Assembly (NCBI GenBank): GCA_903910585.1
Contig: CAIWAH010000109.1
Span: 6,511-70,510, forward strand
Direction of reading: 5' to 3'
Source of the DNA: an uncultured Verrucomicrobiota bacterium
GTDB lineage: Bacteria; Verrucomicrobiota; Verrucomicrobiia; Limisphaerales; UBA9464
Length of the DNA stretch: 64,000 nt
Below are positions 19,306-29,700 of the stretch, one piece after another (within the stretch, counting starts at the first letter, position 1; every line of letters starts with the position of its first letter). The position numbers and the translations under genes are program-made. The notes beneath the pieces are model-generated. The model made no database searches, was not told where the DNA came from, and worked only from the letters and a program-made list of their open reading frames with translations.

Positions 19306-19317
19306 ATCAAGGACTGA

Positions 19318-20277
19318 TCAGCATTGATGTGCGTCGCCTCCGGAATTCAGGCGGGCGCCGATTACAGGCATCCCGGAAGGCTTCGTCAATTTTTTGGTGT
19401 TTTTGTCGGCGACCAGCATTCCCAGCATCAGGGGGAGATAGATGATGCTCGCCAAAAAGAGTCCGCGCGCGGTCCGCGGGGTCAGATGGTGGCCGAACCG
19501 AAAAGCCATTGCCGAGAACCCAAACCCCGCCAGCAGTGCCACGGCCAGATACCAATGTCCCACGATTCCCAGCAGGAACGGGAACAGGGACACGACCATT
19601 AGCCCAAATGAGTTGCGGATGGCCGAGGCCGCCGTGCGGTGGCCCTTCGGATCAACGCCGGACAGCATCTTGAAGCCAGCCCCCGCGTAGTCCTCGCGAT
19701 ACAGCCACGCGATGGCCATGAAGTGCGGCAACTGCCAAAAGAACAGCAGTCCAAAGAGGCTCCATCCGGGTGCCGCCAATCCGCCGGTTGCCGCGGTCCA
19801 TCCCATTAGCGGTGGAAGTGCCCCAGGAACCGCGCCCACGAGGGTGTTCAGCACGGTGATCCGCTTCAGCGGGGTGTAGATGAAAACATAGCACGCGTGG
19901 GTGGATGCCCCGAGCAATGCCGTGAGCGGGTTCACGGCCAGCAGGAGCCAAACCAAACCGGCCACACTCAGGGCAACTCCGAGCAGCAGGGCAGAATTGG
20001 GGGTCACCCTCCCGCTCGGCAGCGGCCGGTCCGCAGTCCGGCGCATTCGGGCGTCGTATTGGCGTTCCAACACTTGGTTGAGCACCGCCGCGCCGCTCGC
20101 GACCAACGCGGTCCCGAACACCGCGTGCACCATCAGCATGCCATCCACAACGGGTCCAGCGCCCAGATAGAATCCCACGAGGGTGGTCAGCACGACCAGC
20201 AGGGTCAGCCGTGCCTTGATCAACTCGGACAGCACGGAAACCGCCCCCTTTTCACGGGGAACGGCATCAGCGGTCAT
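19318..20277 (-). CDS. ctaB: Protoheme IX farnesyltransferase (heme O synthase)
   Basis: Internal ATG at 20277 (MTADAVPREKGAVSVLSELIKARLTLLVVLTT). UbiA-family motif: NQVLERQYDARMRRTADRPLPSGRV. The upstream 147 aa of the track ORF are Arg/Gly-rich and overlap ctaA. Confidence 0.88.
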   Translation of the reverse strand: MTADAVPREKGAVSVLSELIKARLTLLVVLTTLVGFYLGAGPVVDGMLMVHAVFGTALVASGAAVLNQVLERQYDARMRRTADRPLPSGRVTPNSALLLGVALSVAGLVWLLLAVNPLTALLGASTHACYVFIYTPLKRITVLNTLVGAVPGALPPLMGWTAATGGLAAPGWSLFGLLFFWQLPHFMAIAWLYREDYAGAGFKMLSGVDPKGHRTAASAIRNSFGLMVVSLFPFLLGIVGHWYLAVALLAGFGFSAMAFRFGHHLTPRTARGLFLASIIYLPLMLGMLVADKNTKKLTKPSGMPVIGARLNSGGDAHQC

Positions 20278-20297
20278 GGTGGTGGCCTTCAAAATGA

Positions 20298-21515
20298 TCA
20301 GGGAGTTCCCGCCGGAACGGCGGCCGGCATGGACGCCGGAATTCTTTCGACGGTAGCCCGGAGAGCCCGCTGATGCGCAATCAGAAACAGCAGCGAACCG
20401 GTCGCCAACGAGGCGGCGCCGATTGCCACATGGGCAGTGGCCACATCCGCCGGCTTGTTCATCAAAATGGTCAGCATCCCCAAGGTCGCCTGAGTCACCA
20501 CCAAGCCAAACCAGCCGGACGTCAGTTTGCCCCACGGAAATGCCAGGCTTCCGGCACGCCAGCACTTGAGCCACGCCCCGGAAATCGCCACCAGCGTCAG
20601 CACCGCCCCGATCCGATGCCACATCTGCAGCTGGATCTGGAACGCAGTCACTTCGACTTCTTCCGACCGGTGCTGGTTGTAAACCGACAACGAGGCGCTG
20701 TCCGTCGCGGGCCACCATTGTCCGTAGGCCAAGGGAAAATCATGGATGGCCAGGCCGGCATGCTGATGGCGCATGAGCGCCCCCAGGAGCAGCTGGCCAA
20801 TTGACAGAAGGAGGCCGGCGGTCAGCCAAGTCCGGAATCCCGTCGGAAATTCTCCGGCCCCGAATCCCCTTCTCCACAGGGGGGACAGCCGGAGCGCGAC
20901 CGCGCAAAGGAGCACCAGAAACGCCTGCCCCAAACAGCCGTGGAACACTCCAAACGCCGTTCCCAACGTGGTGCCGGCAAAAACATGCTTGTCCAACACC
21001 ACCCGAAGACCGCCGAGAAGACCCTGAAACTGCACCAGCCAGAACGCCAGCCATCCCCATGTCACCACCGGCCATTCCGCCGGCCCGTTCCGCACCCAAA
21101 CCACGCCGGCCAGCAGGACCACGCCGCCGATTCCCGCCAGAAAATGGCCGGCCCCGCGCCAGTCCGGACCCACGCCCAGCAGGCCGATTCCCATGAGGAT
21201 TTCCGCCCCGCCAATGGCCAAAAGCGGCTTCCGGGACGCGTTTCCGCCCAACCACCGGAGCAGAGCCACCACCAGCAGGCCGACCGTCGAGGCCCAGAGG
21301 CGATGGGTGTGTTCGTCAAACACGCCGCCGGTAAACCAAGTCGAGATCGGCAACGCGAACATGTTGTAGCCGTAACTGGTCGGCCAGTCCGGCACCGCCA
21401 TGCCCACGCCTTTGCTGGTCACCAATCCCCCCATGCAGATCAGCCCCCAAGTGCAGAGGGCCACCGCGACGGAAAACCGGAATAGCCACCGGTTGGACTG
21501 GTCGGAATTGCTCAT
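20298..21515 (-). CDS. ctaA: Heme A synthase (COX15/CtaA)
   Basis: MSNSDQSNRWLFRFSVAVALCTWGLICMGGLVTSKGVGMAVPDWPTSYG...DEHTHRLWA is the COX15 N-terminal signature. 8 TM helices. Confidence 0.85.
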   Translation of the reverse strand: MSNSDQSNRWLFRFSVAVALCTWGLICMGGLVTSKGVGMAVPDWPTSYGYNMFALPISTWFTGGVFDEHTHRLWASTVGLLVVALLRWLGGNASRKPLLAIGGAEILMGIGLLGVGPDWRGAGHFLAGIGGVVLLAGVVWVRNGPAEWPVVTWGWLAFWLVQFQGLLGGLRVVLDKHVFAGTTLGTAFGVFHGCLGQAFLVLLCAVALRLSPLWRRGFGAGEFPTGFRTWLTAGLLLSIGQLLLGALMRHQHAGLAIHDFPLAYGQWWPATDSASLSVYNQHRSEEVEVTAFQIQLQMWHRIGAVLTLVAISGAWLKCWRAGSLAFPWGKLTSGWFGLVVTQATLGMLTILMNKPADVATAHVAIGAASLATGSLLFLIAHQRALRATVERIPASMPAAVPAGTP

Positions 21516-21578
21516 GCTCACCAAACAAAAACCGGGGCAACCAACCACTGGTTACCCCGGCGTCAAATCAGTCCCGGA

Positions 21579-22298
21579 TCACTGGGCCTTCACTTCCAGC
21601 GTGAATGCGGCGGTCGCCTTGCCGCCCTTGACCTCGATCTCCTGCGTGACGGCCCCGGCCTTCATGTGGAACGCCTCGACGGTGTATTTGCCGTCCGGAA
21701 GATCGCCCTTGAAGGTGTAATTGCCATCCTTGTCGGTGACCGCGAAGAACGGATTCTCGAGCACGTGCACATAGGCGATCATCCAGGGATGGACGTTGCA
21801 GGCGAACCGCACACCCAGTTCGGCCTTGTCAAAGGCCTTCGTGTTGACCTGCCCGGCGTTCGCCTGGGCGAAATTGAACCCTTTGTTGCCAGCAGCCTTG
21901 GGGGTGGCATTGACGTTGTGCATGAAGGCATCCGAGTTCTTTACGTCGAACTGCTGCCCGGCCTGAACGGCACTGATGTAGGGCTCATACATGCAGCCCT
22001 TCTGATCAATCAGGGGCTTGTCGGCGGAAGGGGCGAACGTCTTCCCTTCCAAGCCCTTCTTGACGTAAACAAGCGTGTTCGCCAAGCCGCTGTCGGCGCC
22101 CACCACATACAGGCGGGTCTTCACTTCCGCGGCCGCGTTGGCCTTGCCGCAATTCGGATCCGCCTTGAGCGCGGCGATGGCCTTTTCCGGCGGCGGAGTG
22201 CCCTTCAGGGAGACCTTGCCGCTGACCTCGGCGGCGGACGCAGACACGGCGACGGCGGCCATGGCCGCAGCATAAGGGAGGACGTGTTTCATGAGCAT
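21579..22298 (-). CDS. Secreted cupredoxin (amicyanin-like type-1 Cu site) fused to a carboxypeptidase-regulatory-like beta-sandwich
   Basis: Signal peptide AAMAAVAVSASAAEV. Candidate type-1 Cu ligands: FMHNV ... FACNVHPWM (C-x2-H-P-W-M; compare amicyanin CTPHPFM). C-terminal FFAVTDKDGNYTFKGDLPDGKYTVEAFH. First gene of the cox cluster. Confidence 0.7.
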   Translation of the reverse strand: MLMKHVLPYAAAMAAVAVSASAAEVSGKVSLKGTPPPEKAIAALKADPNCGKANAAAEVKTRLYVVGADSGLANTLVYVKKGLEGKTFAPSADKPLIDQKGCMYEPYISAVQAGQQFDVKNSDAFMHNVNATPKAAGNKGFNFAQANAGQVNTKAFDKAELGVRFACNVHPWMIAYVHVLENPFFAVTDKDGNYTFKGDLPDGKYTVEAFHMKAGAVTQEIEVKGGKATAAFTLEVKAQ

Positions 22299-22360
22299 TT
22301 CTGACGTTTTCCTGTTAAAATCGGAGCCAAACTAACAACCGACCCTGCTCGGTCAAGCGA

Positions 22361-22380
22361 CTTGTGAAACATTTCACAAG
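22361..22380. promoter_or_regulatory. Perfect Crp/Fnr-family palindrome cTTGTGAaacatTTCACAAg
   Basis: A 9+2+9 perfect inverted repeat containing TGTGA-N6-TCACA. It lies 63-82 bp upstream of the cupredoxin/cox cluster start (22298), in a locally AT-richer intergenic region. Confidence 0.55.
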
Positions 22381-22419
22381 CCCCCGTTCGACGCTCCGCC
22401 GCAGCGCTCATTCACCGAA

Positions 22420-22887
22420 TCAAAGCCCGCGCAGGGCGGCAACCATGGCCAGCGCCGTATGGGCTCCTTCCGCACCCCGATTGGTCTTCGCAACCAGGCA
22501 GCGCGCTTTGGCCTGTTTCCGGTTCTTGACCGTGAGGACCTGGTGGATCACGGGCACCCCGGATTCCATGGCCAAATCCATGAGCGCAAACGAAACCGCT
22601 TCACCAATGTGCTGAGCGTGGGTCGTCTCCCCCTGCCAGATCAGGCCAAGGCAAATGATCGCTTCCGGACGGCGCTCCCGCCGCCGGGCCAAGGCGGCGG
22701 CCATCACCGGGACCTCGTAGGAACCGGGGACCCGATGGATCTCAGGCGTCGCTATCCCGGCCTTGCGCAGGACCCCCAGCGCAGCCGCCAGCAGTCCATT
22801 CACATATTCTTCGTTGTAGCGTGCGGCCACGATCGCGATCCGGCCATGGCTGACAGGCCGGACTTTCTTTTGCGTCGATTTGAGCAT
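22420..22887 (-). CDS. ribH: 6,7-dimethyl-8-ribityllumazine synthase
   Basis: RIAIVAARYNEEYVNGLLAAA...VPGSYEVPVMAAALA...ICLGLIWQGETTHAQHIGEAVS...NRGAEGAHTAL. Confidence 0.92.
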   Translation of the reverse strand: MLKSTQKKVRPVSHGRIAIVAARYNEEYVNGLLAAALGVLRKAGIATPEIHRVPGSYEVPVMAAALARRRERRPEAIICLGLIWQGETTHAQHIGEAVSFALMDLAMESGVPVIHQVLTVKNRKQAKARCLVAKTNRGAEGAHTALAMVAALRGL

Positions 22888-22954
22888 GAGCAGGAGGATG
22901 CCTCAGCGAATCCGGAAACCCAAACCGGGAGTTGTCGTCGGACTTCCGCCGGCG

Positions 22955-24313
22955 TCAGGCGGCTACGGGAACTTCGTTCGAGCGCGGCTTGAGCCCGGAT
23001 CGCGGGCTTCTTGAAGAAATTTCCGCTTCGACCGGCTCTTCGGGCCCCGGCGCAGCCGCGGGTGACCCGTCGAGCAAGCGCGAAAGGTGGAGTTGCATGG
23101 ACTTGGTCTCCGCCTCCAACTTTTGGGCAACCCCGGCCGCCTCCTCGGCGCTGGCGGTATTGCGCTGGGTCAGTTCGTCGATGCGCTTCATGGAACCCAC
23201 GGCCTGATCCAACCCCCGGGCCTGTTCGGCCGACGAATCGGCAATTCTCCCGATCAGCTCGTCCACCTGATGCGCGTCCTGAATGACCTTGCGCAATGAC
23301 TCCTCGACCCGCGCGGCAATCGCGGCCCCGCGAGTGCTCTTTTCCAACGCGTCGGCGATCTTGCCGGAAGTCTCGTGAGCGGCGGACGCGGAGCGTTGCG
23401 CGAGTTTCCTCACTTCGTCGGCCACGACTGCAAAACCCGCCCCTGCCGAACCCGCCCTCGCCGCCTCGACCGCCGCGTTCAGGGCCAGGATGTTCGTCTG
23501 AAAGGCAATCTCGTCGATCGAGTGGACGATCTTGGCGATGTTGGTGCTGGCCGCCGACATCTCCTGCATGGCGATTTGCAACTCGGCGACCTCGGAGGCG
23601 CTGCGATCCGCTTCGGTCCGGTTCTGATGCGACAGGGCCCGGGCATCGCGGGCATTGCCGGCGTTCGCCTTGACCAACGAATTCACCTCGACCAGCGCGG
23701 CTCCGGTCTCTTCGAGCGACGCGGCCTGCTGACTGGAGGCGACGGCCAACTGCTGGCTGGAGCCACTGACGAGGCCCACGGAATTCGCCACCCGGCCGGT
23801 TTCGTTCCAAATCTCCTCGGCCACCCCGCGCACGTGGCGGGTGACCGCAAGGCTGGTGACCACGCCAAAGCCGATGCCCAAAGCAATGCCCGCCAAGGTT
23901 CCGAGCCCCATCGTGAGATCAAGCCAGCGGTTTTCCCGGGCAACGACCTCGCCCCGTTCCTGAATCTTGGCTGCCACCCATCCCGGCACCGAATCCAGCC
24001 AAGCGGTCGCCGCGGCCCGGTCACTTTCGTTCAAGGATGCCGTGGGAATTCCCAAAGCTCCGGCGAGTTGACGAACCCGGTCAAATTCAGACCCGCCAGC
24101 GGTCAACTTTCCTGCCTGCGCCCGCGATGCCGCCCAATTCCGCTTCAAATCTTCCGCCACCAGCGAGAGTTCCACTCCCGCACGTTCAATGCGCCCCAAG
24201 TCCTCCGCCCTCCGCAAGGACCAGCGGTGGGAAAAGATGCCGATGGCCCCGCCCACCAAGGGGACACAAGCCACCATCGTAAAGGCGAGAATCAGCTTGG
24301 AGCGAAGCTTCAT
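22955..24313 (-). CDS. Methyl-accepting chemotaxis protein
   Basis: Internal ATG at 24313 ([25 protein letters not shown]). A second TM plus a HAMP-like region. Highly conserved signalling hairpin: [42 protein letters not shown]. No che genes nearby. Confidence 0.88.
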   Translation of the reverse strand: MKLRSKLILAFTMVACVPLVGGAIGIFSHRWSLRRAEDLGRIERAGVELSLVAEDLKRNWAASRAQAGKLTAGGSEFDRVRQLAGALGIPTASLNESDRAAATAWLDSVPGWVAAKIQERGEVVARENRWLDLTMGLGTLAGIALGIGFGVVTSLAVTRHVRGVAEEIWNETGRVANSVGLVSGSSQQLAVASSQQAASLEETGAALVEVNSLVKANAGNARDARALSHQNRTEADRSASEVAELQIAMQEMSAASTNIAKIVHSIDEIAFQTNILALNAAVEAARAGSAGAGFAVVADEVRKLAQRSASAAHETSGKIADALEKSTRGAAIAARVEESLRKVIQDAHQVDELIGRIADSSAEQARGLDQAVGSMKRIDELTQRNTASAEEAAGVAQKLEAETKSMQLHLSRLLDGSPAAAPGPEEPVEAEISSRSPRSGLKPRSNEVPVAA

Positions 24314-24429
24314 GGGCTCGGGGCAGGTTGCCGGACACACCAACACGACGGTTGATGACGTCTGGGCATCGGCAGGCCGGTAACCAAACTTGAGAACGCC
24401 GGCGATCTGCACCAACCGGCTTCCCGACG

Positions 24430-25005
24430 TTACGGCACTGTCCAACACCCCTGCCAGTGCCCAGCCTGCCACTCAAAACACGCCCGGCGATGTCCCGCCG
24501 GTGCCAGCCAGAGCCAGTCCAAGTGGCTGATGGTCGTGACGATGAGGGCAAAGTTCTCCGCGCCTCCCGGGGCGAATATGTGACCTTCCGCCGGGCCGGC
24601 GATCGCCGCGCCGGGAACTCCCATGGTCCGGTAGTTGGCCCGGTTGGCTTCGGGCACCAGTTCCCAAGCCCGACGGGAAAAATCGGTCTGATGCTCCACC
24701 AGCGAAACACCCCGGGCCCGGACCTGGACCCGGCTCCGGGTATCATAGAAGTGCCAGGCGGTCCGCGGATCCGTCCGCAGTTGGGCGATCTTGGTGGCCC
24801 TGGCATCGGAATAGGCCACCAGCCGGCGCCAGGTGCGGTCCACCTCCCGCAGCACCAACGTGCGCACGTCCGGCCCCTGCCCATCGGACGTCGCCACCGC
24901 GGGAAGACTCCACGGGTGACGGGTATCCGCGACACTGTGGCCGAGTTCCGACCAAATGCGCGATTCCAGCTCCTCCAGCGAGGCAGTGTCCCAAGGGGAG
25001 GTCAC
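24430..25005 (-). CDS. Pyridoxamine 5'-phosphate oxidase-family (FMN-binding split barrel) protein; start uncertain
   Basis: [57 protein letters not shown]...VQVRARG is PNPOx-like. I propose the GTG at 25005; the ORF-track start at 25167 adds an Arg-rich tail that overlaps the divergent gene. Confidence 0.65.
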   Translation of the reverse strand: MTSPWDTASLEELESRIWSELGHSVADTRHPWSLPAVATSDGQGPDVRTLVLREVDRTWRRLVAYSDARATKIAQLRTDPRTAWHFYDTRSRVQVRARGVSLVEHQTDFSRRAWELVPEANRANYRTMGVPGAAIAGPAEGHIFAPGGAENFALIVTTISHLDWLWLAPAGHRRACFEWQAGHWQGCWTVP

Positions 25006-25121
25006 CGCGCGGTTGTCCGCCAATCTCCGCCACCGTGCCAACCCTATTTGGCGAAATCCCGATTCCGCCCCAATTCCGCGTGCCAACGCCGGCCGTCGGC
25101 CCGATGTTTCCCGCCATCGCC

Positions 25122-26669
25122 ATGAATTGTTTCCGGCTTCCCTCGCCGTCGTTGGTTCCGGCCGCATTCCTCAGTCTGCTGCTGACCGGTGCCACCGGCG
25201 CCGCCGACCAACCCCAATACGGTCAGGCGTGGACCCGCAACCTCGCCTCGACCGAACGCAATCTGCCCGCGCGGTTCGACCCCAAGACCGGCGAGAACGT
25301 CCGCTGGACCGCGAAGCTGGGCACGGAATCCCACGCAACTCCGGTAATCGCCGGCGGCCGGGTTTACATCGGCACCAACAATGAGGAGCCCCGCGATCCC
25401 CTACGTCCCGGCGACCGCGGCGTGCTGCTTTGCCTGGCCGAATCCGACGGTCACCTCCTGTGGCAGCTGGCGGTGCCCAAGCGCGAGGAGGACATCTTTC
25501 ACGACTGGCCGAAAAGCGGCCTCTCCTCGCCGGTCACGGTCGAGGGCGACCGGGCCTACCTGGTGGACAACCGTGGGGTCGTGCTGTGTCTCGACGTGAA
25601 GGGCATGGCCAACGGCAACGATGGTCCGTTTCGGGACGAGGGCGCCTACCTGACACCGCGTGGCACCAATGCCCCCGCCAGCAAGCTGGTCCCGGGCGCA
25701 CTGGATGCGGACATTCTCTGGCAATTCGACCTGACCGCCCAGGCCGGCATCTGGTCACACGACGCGGCGCACAGTTCGATCCTCGTCCATGGCGATCACC
25801 TTTACCTCAACACCGGCACCGGCGTGGACAACACCCACAAGAAGATCCGGACGCCTGAGGCCCCGAGCCTCGTCGTGCTCGACAAACGGACCGGCCGTTA
25901 CCTCGCGCAGGATGGCCTCGGCATCGCTCCCAAGATCTTTCACTGCACCTGGTCCTCGCCATCGCTCGGGACGGTGGAGGGCAAGGAGCGCGTTTACCTC
26001 GCGGGCGGAGATGGTGTCCTTTACGGCTTCGAGCCGCTGTCCGCCTCGGAGCCGCCCCGGGAAGAATCCTTGGGCACCATCCGCAAACTGAAGCAGGTGT
26101 GGCGCTACGATCCCGATCCGCAGGCACCGAAGGACGAAGTCCACCGGTTCAATGGCAACCGGACGACCAGCCCCAGCAACATCTACGGCATGCCCGTGCT
26201 GCTGGACGGCTCGGTGTTCCTCGCAGGCGGCGGCGACTGGTTTTGGGGGAAGAACGAAGCCTGGCTGCAGCGGGTGCGCCTCGACGGCAGCGGCGATGTC
26301 ACCGCGACCCACCGGCAGTGGTCGTATCCCCTGGGCCGGCATACGATGTCCACCCCCACCGTCGCCAACGGCATGGTGTTCGCCGCGGACTCGATGCGGA
26401 AGTTTCACTGCGTGGACGCCCAGACCGGCCAGGAGGTCTGGACGCACGAACTGGGCGGAGAAGTCTGGGGTTCCGCCCTCGCGGCCGACGGAAAGGTTTA
26501 CGTCGGCACCCGCCGGGGAGACTTCTGGGCCTTCGCCCTCGCCCGCGAAAAACAGGTTCTCCACCGCCTTGAACTCGGCGCCCCGATCAGCGCCACCCCG
26601 GTGGCCGCCAACGGAACGCTTTACGTCGGCACGATGACGCACCTTTACGCCCTGCGAGTCAGCCGTTGA
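25122..26669 (+). CDS. Secreted PQQ-like beta-propeller repeat protein
   Basis: ATG at 25122 gives the signal peptide MNCFRLPSPSLVPAAFLSLLLTGATGAA. Repeated motifs include PVIAGGRVYIGT, LLWQLAVP, NGMVFAADSMRKFHCVDAQTGQEVW, DGKVYVGTRRGDFWAF and NGTLYVGTMTHLYAL. Confidence 0.82.
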   Translation: MNCFRLPSPSLVPAAFLSLLLTGATGAADQPQYGQAWTRNLASTERNLPARFDPKTGENVRWTAKLGTESHATPVIAGGRVYIGTNNEEPRDPLRPGDRGVLLCLAESDGHLLWQLAVPKREEDIFHDWPKSGLSSPVTVEGDRAYLVDNRGVVLCLDVKGMANGNDGPFRDEGAYLTPRGTNAPASKLVPGALDADILWQFDLTAQAGIWSHDAAHSSILVHGDHLYLNTGTGVDNTHKKIRTPEAPSLVVLDKRTGRYLAQDGLGIAPKIFHCTWSSPSLGTVEGKERVYLAGGDGVLYGFEPLSASEPPREESLGTIRKLKQVWRYDPDPQAPKDEVHRFNGNRTTSPSNIYGMPVLLDGSVFLAGGGDWFWGKNEAWLQRVRLDGSGDVTATHRQWSYPLGRHTMSTPTVANGMVFAADSMRKFHCVDAQTGQEVWTHELGGEVWGSALAADGKVYVGTRRGDFWAFALAREKQVLHRLELGAPISATPVAANGTLYVGTMTHLYALRVSR

Positions 26670-26687
26670 TCGGAAACGAAAACAAAA

Positions 26688-26713
26688 GGGCCGGACGGCG
26701 AACCGTCCGGCCC
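26688..26713 (-). terminator. Hairpin terminator between convergent genes
   Basis: gggccggacgg-cgaa-ccgtccggccc. In the minus orientation it is followed by ttttgttttcgttt. Confidence 0.7.
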
Positions 26714-26741
26714 GTGACATTAACCCTTCCGTCGAACGGGC

Positions 26742-29700
26742 TTACTGGTAAGTGATCACCAATTTGCCGTTCTCGATCTTGCTGCCCGTGATCACCACCG
26801 CGGGGGTGATGGTCAGGTAGCCTTGGGTGCCATCCGCCGGAATGTCAGCGGTGATGGTCTTGGTGGCGGTGTTGACGGACGCATTGGTCAGCGGCGAACC
26901 GCCCAGACCGGCCGGCACCGTGGTGACGACAGTCGGCCCTTCGATGACCGGCGGTGCCACGCTTAGGAACACCGGGATGCCAGTGGCGGTGGGTTTACCG
27001 AGGGATTCCAGCTCGGGCTTGCTCAGGGCGCCTTCGCGGATCTGGATCGAGCTCACATACATCACCCGGCGTTCGTCCTGGTCTCCGTCACCGAAGAGAA
27101 TGGCGACGTCCTGCAGTGCGCGGCGGGGATTGTCCAAGGACTGGTTGGCCGTCCAGTCGTCCTGGAAGATGCCGTCCACATACTTGGTCACCACGGGCGG
27201 AGTGGCCGCCATGTTGTAGGCCGCCGCGACGCGGTGCCATTCGCCCGCGGTGAAGGCGCCGGTGCCGTTGTAGCCGCCGCCGCCCTGGCCGAAGTTGCTG
27301 CCCTGCCAGAACAGGTCGCCGTCATCGGTGTTGCCCTTGGAGCTGATCTGGAGGAGCGACGCCGCGCCCGGTCCGGAGGTGTCCACGAGGATGTCGAAGA
27401 TGACCGTGTATTGATTCACCAACGTGCCGCCGCCGTTCGGCGAGATGCGGTGGGTCATCAGGTAGCCGACGTTACGGTCGAGGTCGCCCGGAACCTTCAT
27501 GATCTTGACCGCCTGATCGTCGATCTTCGGGACCTCGGCGAAGTCGCCTTCTCCCGCGGCGCCGAACACCGTGCCGGTCTTGGTCGTCCCGGCCGCACCG
27601 TCGAGATACGCCAACGGCGCACCGATGGTCGCACCCAGGTCACCGAACTCGAAGTCCCACTGGCCCTTGACCGTGCTGGACTGCAACACCACCGGAATGC
27701 CGGCTGCGTCAGGTCCGCCAAGGGCCACGATCTGGGCGTCCGACAGGCGGCCGGAGCGGATCTGGACCGCGTTGACATACATCACGCGGCGTTCGTCCTG
27801 ATCGCCGTCGCCGAACAGGATCGCCGTGTCGGCCAGCGAACGGCGGGTATTGTCGAGCGACTGATTGGCCGTCCACTCGTCCTGCTTGATGCCGTCCACA
27901 TACTTCACGACCACCGGAGGAGTGGCCGCCATGTCGTAGGCCGCCACGACGCGGTGCCAGGCACCGGCGGTGAAGGTGCCGCGACCGTTGTAGCCGCCGC
28001 CGCCCTGGCCGAAGTTGCTGCCCTGCCAGAACAGGTCGCCGTCGTCCGTGTTGCCCGCGGAGCTGGTCTGCCACAGGGAGGCCGCGCCGGGGCCGGAGGT
28101 CTCAACATAGACATCCATCACGAGCGTGTATTGGTTGACGCGCGAACCGCCGCCGTTGGGGGCGATGCGGTGGGTCATGACGTAGCCGATGTTGCGGTCT
28201 AGGTCGCCGGGGACCTTCATGACCTTGGCGGGCTGGCCATTGATGCCGGGAACTTCGACGAGGTTCTCGTCGCCCGTGCTGCCGAACACGGTGCCGGTCT
28301 TGGTCAGGCCTTCGGCGCCGTCGAGGTAGGTCAGCGGAGCGCCGATGCTGGCGCCGAGGTCGCCGTAGTTGAAGTCCCACATGCCCGTGACGTTGGACTG
28401 CGGAATCGACTGCGGAATGCCGGCGGCGCTGGGTCCACCGAGGGCGAACGCCTCGGCATCGCTGATTTTGCCGGAACGGATCTGCACCGAGTTCACCCAC
28501 ATCTTGCGGCGCTCATCCTGGTCGCCGTCGGCGAAGAGGATCGCGGTCGCCGCCAGGGAGCGGCGGGCATTGTCGAGGGACTGGTTGGCCGTCCAATCAT
28601 CCTGCTTGATGCCGTCCACATACTTGGTGACGACCGGCGGATTGGCCGCCATGTCATAGGCTGCCACCACCCGATGCCATTCCCCGGCGGTGAAGGTGCC
28701 GCGACCGTTGTAGCCGCCGCCGCCCTGGCCGAAGTTGCTGCCCTGCCAGAACAGGTCGCCGTCATCGGTGTTGCTGGCCGAACTGGTCTGCCACAGCGAG
28801 GCCGCCCCGGGACCCGAGGTGTCCACCAGCACGTCCATGATCAGCGTGTATTGGTTGACCCGCGTGCCGCCGCCGTTCGGGGCGATGCCGTGGGTCATCA
28901 CATAACCGATGTCGCGGGTGACGTCGCCGGGCACTTCCATCACCTTCGCGGCCACGCCGCCGATGTTGGGGACCGCGGCCAGATCGCCCGCACCGGTGGT
29001 GCCGAATTTCGTGCCCGTCTGGGCGGCGGCCGTGAAATAGGCCAGAGGCTGACCCACCGTGGCGTTCAGGTTGCCCGCGTCGAAATCCCACTGGCCGGCG
29101 ACCGTCGTGGCGGAACCGCCGGTGGTGATGATGCCGAAGGACCACGAGTTGGTCCGGCTCACGCCGGTCGAGTCCGTGTATTCCAAGCGCACCAGATTGT
29201 CCTTCGTGGTGCGGGAGGCATTCGGGCTGTAGGCCAGCGAGAGAACGCCACCGTTCTTGGCCAGCTTCTGCGGCACCACCGCGGTGCCGTTCAGATAGAG
29301 CTTCACCGCCGACGTTGCCACGGTTGCCGCACCATCCACGATCACGGCCTCGATCGGCGCCGCCGCACTGTTGCCGTCCGAACCGCCGGCGGGGCTCACT
29401 TCGCCCACGTAAGGACCGTCCGTTCCGGCGGTCGCGTTGTTCCGGTAGGCCTTCACCGCCCGGGCATCGTTCGGATCGTTCACCAGGATGCGCTCACCGG
29501 TATCCGCGACGATGGTGTAGAGCTGCAGGTTCGCACCGAGACCGGTCTGCCAATACACTAGCCGCACCGGGTAAAGCCCGGCCTGGCTGACCACGAGCGT
29601 GAAGGTGGATTCGTTGCGCTGGTTGCCCACAAACGGCTTGGTCGCCGCGTTGCGCTCGAATTCACCGAGTTTGGTCGCGAAGAAATCGCGCGGGTTCAGG

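Noticed and set aside
17557-19317. 586-aa plus-strand ORF
   Set aside because: It is antisense to cytochrome oxidase subunit I, which carries unmistakable catalytic motifs.
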